In this document: piece by piece, positions 28,101 to 40,026 of the stretch
How positions within the stretch are numbered: position 1 is the stretch's first letter
How the letters are laid out: each line of letters begins with the position of its first letter
Origin: Owenia fusiformis
Taxonomy: Eukaryota
Direction of reading: 5' to 3'
Assembly: GCA_903813345.2 (NCBI GenBank)
Contig: CAIIXF020000001.1
Location: 49,476,001 to 49,540,000, forward strand
Length of the DNA stretch: 64,000 nt
Made by a program: the position numbers and the translations under genes
Notes under the pieces: generated by a model
Told to the model about the DNA's origin: nothing
Seen by the model: only the letters and a program-made list of their open reading frames with translations
The model's database searches: none

Positions 28101-29595
28101 TTGTCACAAACTACAAATTGATTGATCAATTTTCTCAATGATATCTTTAGGTAACATTAACACTTTCACCGAATGTATAAATGTAGTCTTGCATCAGGTC
28201 TCCAGAGGGGTCGCAAAGGCTTGAAGCAAGACTATACTAGTACAAGTATATAAAATGTCAAACTACCCCCTCTGCCATTCCCAAATCTAATATTTTGTTC
28301 CCCATAGATCACATCTCTGCTTCACTCTATTTTATGAGAAACATAATCGTAATATTCTCAGACTCTCAGATTTTCCCGTTCTTATCAACGTCTGCTGGGT
28401 TATTAGCTATACTTCAAGTATTGTGGTGATAAAACATTATTGAAATCATAAAATCTTGAGAAAGGAGCAAAATTACGAGACACATTGGCCCAATATTTTG
28501 ATATCCAATCATTTTGTGTTAATAATAGTTAAGAAAATCAATGTGTAAGTTTCTTGCTTTGGTAACCAGTTGTTGCTTCGTTCAGACTACAACGTGGTCA
28601 GTTTGGCGAATCCTATTGATTAATTTCCAGTCATTATATAACATTCAATTATAGATTGAAGTAGGAAATGAAACCCTTGATAGATAATTATCTATATATA
28701 ATTACTTGCCATTCTCTGACGTTTAGGAGTGAAGAGTGACACTTCTCTGATGAAAGTATTCCACTTGAGATACTTTTAGTCCAGTTTATTAATTTAAAAC
28801 ACTATATACTGAAGAATTTTACCTAGAGGAAATCTAAAGAATGGTATACCACATCAGTAATTATTGCTTTCTAATTAAGAAAATGAATAAGGGTTAAAAA
28901 GAAAGCTCAAATTAATAGGGTAATATTAAAAAACAAAACTACTCATACACCCTTTTGAGTTGCTTGGTGCCTATTTCCAACCCAAAAATACCTTATTTGA
29001 AATATCAGAACAACCAAAGGCTTGCCTAATGCTCCTTTAATAGACTGATGCATATCTTCTTTTTCATTACTGAAAAACTGTTGAATTGATGGTGTTACTT
29101 TTCAATGACAATATGTCATCTACAAGGATTTTCTTGTGATGAATGATGAATTTTGATCTATTGATGACACTGATTGAAGTTTATTGGTGCAATCAAACAA
29201 ATTGTTTGCAGGATGAAATGTTATGAATGCCCGAGATTATGTGAGATAAGGCCACTTTTGAGTTTGTCTCTGGTATGTACTGTATGTGAGTTCTGTGACA
29301 TCTGTGTAATAAATTCTGTGTCTTGAGTTGATTGCCAGTATGCTTGAGTTTTGAGTCTTGGATTGTGTGCCTGAGGTTTTGTGTCTGTGTCTCAATCTGA
29401 GTGTCTGTTCTGAGCTGTGTGTGTTTCAAGTTGTGTTTTTTTGTGTAGCATGTTGAATTATGAAAATGTTTATTCAATTAAGTTTTGTGTTTTTGACTTG
29501 GGTTATGTATCGAGTGCTGTTATGTGTATGGAGCCTCCAGTCGGTCTCGATTTCATATCGACCATAGAGCTCGCTGTGTCTCTGATATGATATTG

Positions 29596-29766
29596 CTGGC
29601 CCGTAGCCAGGATTTGCCAAAACTTTCCAGGGGAGGTTCACATTTGACAATTTTGGCCCAAATATGACTAAAATCACTTGAGAAGTGCTCAAAATGGTGA
29701 AAAACTGCATGATTTTGAAATAATTTTTGGCTGGGGGGGGGGTGAACCCCCCCGGCTACGGGCCTG
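29596..29766. mobile_element. MITE of the CAGG..CGTAGCC family, 6-bp TSD
   Basis: ATATTG|CTGGCCCGTAGCC ... GGCTACGGGCCTG|ATATTG. Confidence 0.85.
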
Positions 29767-29840
29767 ATATTGTATGGTATGGTATCTCTACAATGAACTG
29801 TGAATTCTTATATGATCCAATGTCTCATATTACATTGCAG

Positions 29841-30110
29841 CATATCATCAGCCGCCAGATGTTATCACTGTCACGAAAAATTCACTCTTGCCGAGAACGC
29901 TATAAAACATTGTATAGAAAAACATGCAGATAAAGAAGTAAGCCTCTTAAGGCCAAAACTCATGCCGGATAGATCGCGTGTAAGGCATCGGTCAATGCAT
30001 TATGGTATCACTGCCAAGGATATCGAAGGTGGAGCTGCGGCAGTGACGCTGGAACAGATTACGTGGAGACTGAATGTTACACAGATTGAAACTACATTCA
30101 GTGAACTCAG
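29841..30110 (+). other. Exon-like coding fragment with a C2H2-like zinc finger, probably a transposon relic
   Basis: Open frame ISSAARCYHCHEKFTLAENAIKHCIEKHADKEVSLLRPKL... (C-x2-C-x12-H-x4-H), bounded by acceptor cattgcag| and weak donor CAG|GTGTGG. More GC/CpG-rich than the flanking intron. Confidence 0.5.
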
Positions 30111-33100
30111 GTGTGGTACATAATTACTAAATAGGTTAGGGCTGCAGAATTGTGTATTGTATGTATCAACTATATGGTATTGCTCGTGTGCTGGTTGAGA
30201 CCCGGAGATTTTCAACCGATCTCTGAGGGTATAGCATAGTAAAACATGAAATTTTTTGCATGCATTTTACTTTCACGAAAATTAGGTTCACTTGAAACTA
30301 ACGTGTTATACAGTATTGTATGATTGTATGTAAATTTCCTGGTACAGACCATTTTCTGTAGTATGTACCAACTTAAGAGCTTTAGCGTATGCTTGTATGT
30401 ACATGTAATGTACATATTCAAGATATTAGATATTAGATATTGTATTCACAACTTCAGAACGTATTAGAGGTATAGATCAAACTTTATTGTGTCATATACT
30501 CATAAAACCTGACCCTAGAGTAAGGCAAGATTAATGGATTGACAATGAACATAGAAGTTAGCAAAATTAATAGTACCATGGGAAAGCCAGAATTACCAAC
30601 TGGAGAATGAGTTGTGATCGGTTGATGTACTTCAATGTGTCGCCACAACATAAAATGTTAGTATCTGAATTTTCACTTAACATTAATGATGTTTATGTAA
30701 ATAGTGCTATCAGTGTCAAACTTATCTAAAGCTGATGATTAGATCATTTACTGAATTGTTGGGAGATTACCTCAGCTCCATCCTCTGCAAAAGTGATGGC
30801 GTTTGTTTCAAACACTTTTACTTACCAAAGAATACTTGTATTTGCTGAGTCAATCAGAGTGGGTTGTGTATCAGTCACGCTTTTTCATAACTGGTCAATT
30901 CCACTGATTTCTAAAACTACTGTAAATATATTTTCATTGGTTTGTGATGCACTCTGACTGGTTCATGAATAAATGTCAGTGTAGTAGGTTTGAATGATTC
31001 CCAGGCAATGTGGGAGGGGGCCACCAAATTAGAAAATGCATTTAATATATTGCATAATCAATAAGCACCTCAACCCTGGATGTAGTCATTCCGTTTTTTT
31101 GTGGATAGATCTTGTGAAACAGGGTCTATTGTAAGTTATGATTTGGACCCAAGGCATTATTCACCCAAACATAGACAGATTTACTTAGAATTGAGAGTTA
31201 CAGATATTGCACAACTTCTGAGTCCTCAAACTTAGTATATCATGTGATTAAAAAGCAAAATTAGTGAAATCATCATTATATCATTGTTATACTTTCAGTT
31301 TCAAACCTCATTTATAAGATGGAAAGACCAAACCTGCTGAAAAATTCATGAACATTAACATGGTGGTTCATTCACTTCACTGAAGCTCTGCAAGATATTA
31401 TATTTATTTGGAAACCGAAATAGATCTTGGATTGAATTAGACTCTGAATTAGTTAGATAATCCTAGGTTGTGCTAGATTATCTGTATTAGATATAGGATC
31501 GAGTAATAATACATCTGAAGAGCTCTTCATTACGATTATTGAAGTTCAGATCACCTTGACCCCCAAATTGTAGTAACACCCATATTTCTGGCTAACTATA
31601 GCCTATGCATACTGCAGTTTACCATTTCCTTACATTTACAAAAGAAAAACTCCACATTGGTCTTTGGAACATTTCAGTGGATTATTGTACAAAAGTTACT
31701 TGAGAATATTTCGATCCTTGGCAAAAATAAATTGCATTTAATACACAAAATTGATATTCATACTTGTAAAATACTGTAATGTAGCTGAATATAGTAACTG
31801 TATATCTAAAAAAATTCTTGTAACTATATAAAGTTGAGTTTTATCAACTTTACCTTCACTCAAACCATCAAAACCTCATATTACCTGGACATGTGTAAGG
31901 CTCATAAGCACATTATTTATGCAGAAGATATGTATGTAAAGTTTTCTCTAGGGTATAAATGATTACATAATAATGACTTTAATTGATTACTTGTTCATAG
32001 TCATATCTATACTACAGTGTAGTCTTACATAAACTGTATGCACCCCCCCCCCCCCCCCCCACCTCTGAATCTCTATGACAAGAAGTAAAGATGGGAAAGG
32101 GGTTGTGATTTGATGCAACAGCACGTGTATATCTACAGGTAATTCAAAAAGCATAAACAAATATACAGTAACGAATACTGTATTCATTGAAGGATGTTTC
32201 TCAATCAATCAATATATCTCATTATTAAATATCTAAAAGAATGTATATTAAACATGTATACTGGTACATAGGTGAAGCCAGGGGGGGTACGATGTAAACA
32301 TTTTGAAGCTTCTAGCTCAATTTTGAAGGAACTTATAGCACCCCCCCCCCCCGACTGAAAATTGAAATTTTTTGGAGATGGCACCCCCCCTTGACTGAAA
32401 GCTGGCTAAGCCCATGCTAGTAGAATATTCCGAACCTTCGTTGAGAGAGTAGAATATATAAAAGGGTGGGGCTTACCAGAATGGAAGTAAATGCCCCAGC
32501 ATGATTCACAAAACAGGTTCATAAAAGAGACTGGATTCAAAAAAGGACCTGTTTGGTGTGAATGATTCAGAGAATTTTTCTTCTGTATTAACAAACTTCA
32601 TAATATATGTAGTCTATCATTAGTTCAGAAAATTAGAATATTGCCACCTTGTAATTCTTTAAAACCCGAGGACCCGGGCCTGAGGAGGGAGATGATCAAA
32701 TGGCAAATGAGTAAAATGTGGCAGGCAGGTAGCCTATTATATACCTGTATCTTCGCTTTACTGCTGGTCTGTGTGGATAAATTGATAATCACTATCATGA
32801 TTGATAAGAAAGAATGCAAGTGGAATTTGAGATAAGAAATCAATTTTATTTTTGGCACTTTCTAGTACTTACAGGAGGCAGTTAACTTGTTTGGAATGAT
32901 TACATTAAAGATAATAGCTTTGATTATTTCATTTCTGAGCTAAGATCTGAAGGGAAGAGATTACCATTGGAAACATATGTTCGTGTTTTTTCAAGTGGGC
33001 TGTTCTTTCTATGTGCCCTGACCTTCCTCATCAGAATAAGTGTGCGGAGATAAGGATGAGTGTTATTGTATCTTTCTGGTGGGATGCACCTTTACTAAAG

Positions 33101-33201
33101 GAAATATACAGTAAAACGTGTATGTGCAGGGAATGCTCTCTTTATTCACTGAAGACTGAAGAGATGTGTTACCTCATACTTCTTTTTCTGTATTCTTTTT
33201 T

Positions 33202-34150
33202 GGCTCACACAGAGAGCCTATGGGATTGACCAGGCGTCCGTCCGTCCGTCCGTCCGTCCGTTGGTCCGTCCATCAACATTGGCCGCACAAATTAAAACTG
33301 CTATTCGGATTGAGTCCTATCCACATTCATTTTATGCATATCCATAATACCTATCATCGCCATTTCCCAAGTTCGCCCGGTTTCCGAGAAATTGCGGATT
33401 TTGACATCAAAAAGTCAAATTTTCTGTAAATACTAGACACTTTGTTGAAGCAGAACTTTCAAATACCTTTTAGTAGTTGGTGTATATGCAACTTATGTCC
33501 TCTGAAGATTTCAAAGCTCTTGGAATTACGGTTATTGGTGATTACTCTTTAAAATTTGAAAAAAAGTAAGGAAACTTTCTCATGTATAAAGTCAATGGCA
33601 GGTTTTGTGATTGACAAGATTCTTAAAGTTTGCCTTATACTTGATCATTTCCTGCAATAAATTACATCATTAATAGATTTAAGCATTCCCTACATATTTC
33701 TCAATATATGTCAGCATCAAATTTTTACCGTTTTTGAGATATTTGACGTCAAAAAACAGTAAAAATAAGTTATTTTTCAACTTGCTTCAATTTGACCAAT
33801 TTTTTTTTTTTGAAAATCATCTACAAGTTACCAGGAGTTCAAATCTGACATTAGTTTTAGGATTTGATCTTAACTTGACCTTCAGTGACCTTCGAAAGGT
33901 CAAAAAACTTGATTTTTCAAATTGATTTTTGGATGTAAATTTTGGTCAGCTTAATCACAAAAGACCTTACTGAGCTCTGAATAAGTAAAATTTTCAAGGT
34001 CAAAGGTCATCAAATAGGTCACACAACTATGCTATCTAAGTTTGTCAAAGTTCGAGACTACAAATCCAAATCAATATTTTTGTTTGAAAGTCAGGATATA
34101 AATTCCTCTGAAGGTTCCAAACTGTGTGAGCATAGGACCGTGGGTCCTTC
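33202..34150 (+). mobile_element. Helentron-associated non-autonomous element (HINE/DINE-1/pearl-like)
   Basis: Inserted in a T-run. Subterminal inverted repeats GCTCACACAG (33203) and CTGTGTGAGC (34122), a (GTCC)n microsatellite at ~33236-33271, and a 3' stem-loop AGGACC-gtg-GGTCCT at 34134-34148. Confidence 0.85.
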
Positions 34151-35113
34151 ATTTTATATTTTTTGAACTCTTGGGTATCAATTAGTCGGAGAAAATGCCA
34201 CAGCAAGGCCTACAATTGAGCTATGTTTGTATATAATCTTACTTAGCTTTTACTTTTAAAGTTAATCCTTTTTAGATATTTTAATTTAATAGGTTGTTTA
34301 ATATATTGTCAGTATATTTTAAGGCAATAAAATTGAGCAGTTGTCAGTCTTGCATCCTCTATCTCTTCTCCTGCCTTGAAATTTGTTCACAAACCTTGTT
34401 TGAACTTGATCGTTTAAGACAACTTTGACGTATGGTGTATACTGCACCTATAAAATACATGAAAAGTACTTTCCATTAGTTAGACCTATCTCAAATTGAT
34501 AAATGATAAATGGGCCGATTAAATGCATCTTGCATTTTTCTGACCTATTTCATTAGTAAAGCAGATTGCAGCTAGCTTTATATATGAGATGGCCAGGTAA
34601 ACCATCCCACCTTGAAATCCTGATTTACAGATGCGAACACACAGCATGAATGGATTGTGTTTCTCACTAACTATGGAAAATTAGGATGTTTTTCAACCAT
34701 CATAGTACTAAATTATCTGGGTGCTGATTTTTGACTTAACAAGTCAACAGGTCAAACAATTTTGAAAATATTATTTTGATACTGCAGTGTGAAAGTTTGA
34801 AATCCTCACATTGTAGTGCCAAATCTGACAAGATTTCTTATTTATTTTTAATTTTTATTTATTTATGTTTATGTGTTCAATTGAAGTTACCAATTTTTGT
34901 TTTGTTGATATTATCATATAGTCAGTTGTCTGTATTTTGGAGATAGGATTGGTTGAAAATAGGAATAGCAAGGGAAGGCCATTAAGGAAATTACCAGGAT
35001 GTCTTTAAAAAATCCTAGCAAGGGCCGTGCACTTTCCCACATTTTTGAATTTTTGATAATTTGAACTGTTGCATTATTTCTTATTCCCATGCTGGCTGGC
35101 ATTGATAAGTAGT

Positions 35114-35750
35114 ATAAGGTAGAATATCACATCATTTTGAGTGATATCATTTTTATCGCCGAGTTGATATCAAATATCAACACGAGTGAGCGAAGCGAAT
35201 GAGTGTTGATATTTGATATCTACGAGGCGATAAAATGATATCACGAGAAATTATGTGATATTGGGTTTATCCCATGATTACAATCACCTTGTGATGTTCT
35301 GATCCAATTTCCAGGATATTGGCAGACAATATAAACTAGAAATTAGAGAATATCAATTGAATATTTGAAACACTTTATTTTAACAATTAAAAGTAAATAA
35401 CATGATATAGTTCGTCATAAATACCATTTTTAATCGTTAGTTAGCAGCCTTCTAATCAAATTATATACACGTCAATCGTAATTCAATACACCAATGAAAC
35501 TTAGAGAATAAATTAACGAACTTATTTTCTCAAAAGAGAATAAATTATCTGACCTAATTTCCAACAATATTGTGGCGCAAAATGCAAATGTGATATCACA
35601 GGGATATGCGTGAGATAAACGATATCACACGCATATGAGTTTGATAAACGATTTTCTGGAAAATATCACACGTATTTCAATAATATCAGAAATATCAATA
35701 GCTGTTATTGTACAGATAACACATTAATTGTGGGATAAGGTAGAATATCA
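35114..35750. mobile_element. Palindromic hairpin element bounded by 16-bp direct repeats (superfamily uncertain, possibly Crypton-like)
   Basis: About 155-bp hairpin at 35114-35270 with loop cacgagtgagcgaagcgaatgagtg. ataaggtagaatatca occurs at both 35114 and 35735. Confidence 0.65.
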
Positions 35751-36834
35751 GCTCTTATCAGTAGAGCTTATTTTAGACTGATCTATGTATATTTTATCAT
35801 TTAGCATATTTCAAACACCATAGCTCTATGATATCATGTTAATTAATATCATCAGGTATCTAATGATAAAGTAAGGTATTTTACTATATTCCATGCCTAT
35901 AATCAGGGGGAGCTCTGGGGGTATGCATAATGTATGCCCCCCCCACTCAAATTATGCTGTTTTGAGAATATGCTAGGTCAGATTAGCATGAATTTTGTCA
36001 TAATTGGCTCTTTGGCAAAATTGGCTAAATTTTGAGTTTTGAATTCTGGGGAAAAATAGAGTCTCTTCCTGAAGAAACTTTGCTGAAATCATATTTATTA
36101 TTATTATTATTTATTATATTAATGAAATCATGTTGAAAGACCCGCTTTGTCATCTCCATAATTTTTTCAAGTCAAGAGAAATAATTGAGAGAGAGAGAGA
36201 GAAATGTAGAGAATATCAAAGTGCATCATTATTGTATCCTCAATCTTGATACATCAAGGATACATGTTATCTCCTCAAAAGCCAAATGAGAAACATCCGT
36301 TCAGTTAGTCTCATTATTCAGCTTTATGTCCTGTAAGTTTACTTGCATTTAACATATGCAGCTCATCAAAACAGGAATATTGCAGCCTCTCCATAAGAGT
36401 ACATCTTTCAAGGGTTATTATACTGAAGAAAAAAAGGGATTCTGGTAAATTCTATTGTGGAACATTTTTAGTTGAAATAACTCTTAGAAATTATCATCAT
36501 ATTTTTATCTTTTTCTTGTACAGTATTTCTTATAAGCTTTATCGTCATCTGTCTTAGAAACATTTGTGATTAATACATCATACGAATTTATAAATTGTCT
36601 ATGAAGATATATTAATCAACTTCAATTTGATAATAAAAAATATTGGCCCATGGTAGCCCAGATAAATCAGATATTTCTTACAATCTTATCGTGATGTAAT
36701 TTTATTACTACTCTGTGCTGCAAATCATCATCATGCCCTCAATTCTTATCGCTCATATTTATCGATATTGCATTTATCTCAAAAACCAATTTCAAATGTA
36801 AATCAACCAATCAATGTGATTTTTCATTTCGCAG

Positions 36835-39800
36835 GTTCCACAAGAAGAAAAAGGCTGGAACTGATGTGTGGTTCGCTGAAACATGTGAGCATCTACAAAA
36901 CAAAAAGATCGCACCCATGGTTCCAGATATATTCGCTTCATACTCCGGCCCAGATGAAGGCCTAACTATTGTCCATAAAAATACTGAAAATGGTATGTAC
37001 AATTGAGTGTGAATAAAGCCGGTCACACCAGGATTATGCATTTAGAGAATGAATTCATGGGAGGAGAAAAAACATAATTGGTCATTTCTGAGCCAAAGTC
37101 ATTTTAGTGTGTCATCGTGTATGTATTTCACATTGTGATAGGCATAGCATATTTACAAGAAGGCTGAGAAGAAATGAGATGCCATGGTCTATCATGAAGC
37201 TACATTTTTCTTGCAAATTCACTTGATGATCACTGATGTTTTTAGTGAAGAAAATTTCACATCTTGAAGTTATTTTCACAAAAACCTCCCAGTTTTCACT
37301 ATTCTTCTTCCCATTCAAAAGTTTTAAGACTCCTCAGAAGTGATTTTAGCTAGTTGATATAGCTAACATTTACATGTCAAGAACTAAACATTTTTATTAT
37401 ATTGTACATATATAAATATGTACACAATGTATCTTAATCTATTTGTGGAATATCGCAACAAGACACTAAAACAGAAACAACTAAGAATATTTTCAAAAAT
37501 TTGATTATGGTGCGTGTTATTTTTTAGGTCCATCCAACAATAGCACAGCTAAACAGAAAACAATCCTTGGTGCCAAAAACTGGTCAGTTAAAAGTCGCAA
37601 AGCCTACGCCATATGTATGTCACTTTATGACCAGAACCCTGTCAATGGCAAGATTTCAGGTAATGTAGAACCATGTCAATGGCATGATTTCAGGTAATGT
37701 AGAACCATGTCAATGGAAAGATTTCAGGTAATGTAGAACCATGTCAATGGAAAGATTTCAGGTAATGTAGAACCATGTCAATGGAAAGATTTCAGGTAAT
37801 GTAGAACCCTGTCAATGGCATGATTTCAGGTAATGTAGAACCCTGTCAGTGGCAAGATTTCAGGTAATGTAGAACCCTGTTAATGGCAAGATTTCAGGTA
37901 ATGTAGAACCCTGTTAATGGCAAGATTTCAGGTAATGTAGAACCCTGTTAATGGAAAGATTTCAGGTAATGTAGAACCATGTCAATGGAAAGATTTCAGG
38001 TAATGTAGAACCCTGTTAATGGAAAGATTTCAGGTATACATGGAATTACAAAACACTGTCAATGGCAAGATTTCAATATAATTATAGAACAACATTGTAA
38101 AACCCTATCGATTGCAAGACTTTACATGTTTTAAGATCCTCTGAACCTGCCAATGTTTCTGAGTTTTTCTGAGCATATTTCCTTGAAGGTTTTGTAGAGA
38201 GGCTATTTCTAGAATTACATCCACAGTACAGATTGTATAAAAACTAAAATCCATGGTAAAACTGTTGTAATTACTTCCAGGGGACCCAATCGCAGATGCT
38301 TTTGGTATTTGTGCCAGGAAAAACAATGCTCTCCTAGTTGTCGCAGATGGTGTAAACTGGGGAGAGAAATCCAAGATGGCTGCACGCAGCGCAGTTTATG
38401 GGTGTATGAAATACATGCATGAGAAAGTCTTCTGTTCAGGAAGAAATCTCAAAACAACTCAAGTAAGAAACTTTGTATGGATAAGGTTGTTTTCCTCATT
38501 TTATTGAGTGTGAAGAGATATAGAAAACCACAAGCTTGAGATTGTTTAAGTGGTTTAACAGATTAAGTTCTAAATATGCCACTTAGCTATGTTTTAATGC
38601 TATTTTTGAGATTATATGAGCACATTTGTTATTGTTTTTTATGTTTGTTAATGAATCAATTCATCAAAATATGCTTACTAAAGATCATACTGCCATTTTA
38701 TCTATAGAGAATTTGATTTTGATGACCTTGTTGTTCAATCTGAAAGTTAAGGGTGATATAACTTTTTGATTGGTAAACTATAGGCATAAACTAATTGTTG
38801 CTTCATTTCAAAGCAATATTTATTTTATACTTACATTTAATAATGGCTTTATGAAGATAGCTTTAAGGAATAGTACAAAACTTGATGTCTGCTGATGTTT
38901 TGTTCTGATATTTCAGAGTGACCCAAAAAATCCCTTTAAATGGAATCCAAATGTATATTTTTTTTTGTGATTGTGAAGATTATACTTACTTATTTGCGCA
39001 TAACCATTTGTCCTCCTGTATAAACTAAATCTGATGAATGAAATTTTATATGTATTATTATGTGTATTTCAGGAGGTGTTAGCATGTTTACGACGTTCGT
39101 TTGACTGTGCACACGAGACAATTCTACAACAGGAAGCTGGACTCACAACGCTGTGCGCTGCCATGGTAGTCCCACTTAAAGATAAAAAACAATACGCGGT
39201 TTGTGTGGTTAATGTAGGTGATAGTTTTGCATTCGTACAGAGTAACGCCAATGGATTCCGTGAAATTACCATAGGCTCTCATGATATTGACAGTGTACGT
39301 GATATACGTGATGCCGGGGGTGCACTGGGTCCAGTAGATGGCACTAACCCAGAACTACACAATCTGACATGCTCCATGACTATTGTAGACCCTGGAGATA
39401 TTGTCTTCCTCACCACCGATGGAATCTCAGACAATTTTGACCCTGTGGTCACAAAGATGGCCGTCCCAACTAAAGATGACGATAGTGACGAGGAGGAATC
39501 TGACAGTCCATCCTCTCCGTCATCAGATAGCGGAATACAAGCATCAGCCAATAACAATCCAGTTGACTTTAAGCCTGCCATGACTCCCCAGGAACGTCAT
39601 CAGTTCTGTGTCAAAGGCATGGAACGGGTTCTACATGAATTTGAATTATTTGCAGAGACTCCATGTTGTGCCCAAGAACTCTGTGGTGCAATAGTACAAC
39701 ATGTTACCCAACTCACAGACCAGAAACGCAAAGTATTAGAAAATCCAGAACTCTATGGAAAAAAATTGAAATCAAGACAACGGAAAGAACGTGATGAGAA

Positions 39801-40026
39801 AATTGTAGCAAGTATGAGGCAAGCACCAGGGAAATTAGACCATGCAACTATAGTTGCGTATGAAGTGGGAAATTACCATTATGATGATGAGAATTATGAT
39901 ATTGAGAGTAGTGAAGACGAGGAGGAAGATGGGGAAGAAGCAGCATCAATGTCCACTAGTAACAACAGCAATTCAAGCCCAAGCAGGTCCAGGCCAAATT
40001 CAGTCTTATTTGAATCAGCCCTTTAA
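36835..40026 (+). CDS. PP2C-like domain-containing protein (Drosophila CG9801 family); four firm coding exons, 5' end incomplete
   Basis: Exons 36835-36992 (..[15 protein letters not shown]..), 37528-37659 (..[28 protein letters not shown]), 38281-38462 ([34 protein letters not shown]..), 39073-40026 (..[52 protein letters not shown]). Boundaries are GT-AG with consistent phases. PPM/PP2C metal-binding Asp motifs (DG, GDS, TDG, LD) are present. The first firm exon starts in phase 2, so an upstream coding exon is required. Confidence 0.92.
37633..38036 (+). repeat. 34-bp tandem array (12 copies) spanning an exon/intron boundary
   Basis: Unit agaaccMtgtYaatggMaWgatttcaggtaatgt. CAG|GT recurs every 34 bp from 37660 to 38034, with a degenerate 13th copy at ~38053-38075. 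Confidence 0.97.

Noticed and set aside
37633..38036. CRISPR-like array (34-bp periodicity)
   Set aside because: Units are contiguous with no unique spacers, there are no cas genes, and the context is a eukaryotic intron.
39034..39072. ORF-track start [13 protein letters not shown] for the 330-aa ORF
   Set aside because: It is intron sequence ending in the acceptor tttcag. The exon starts at 39073.
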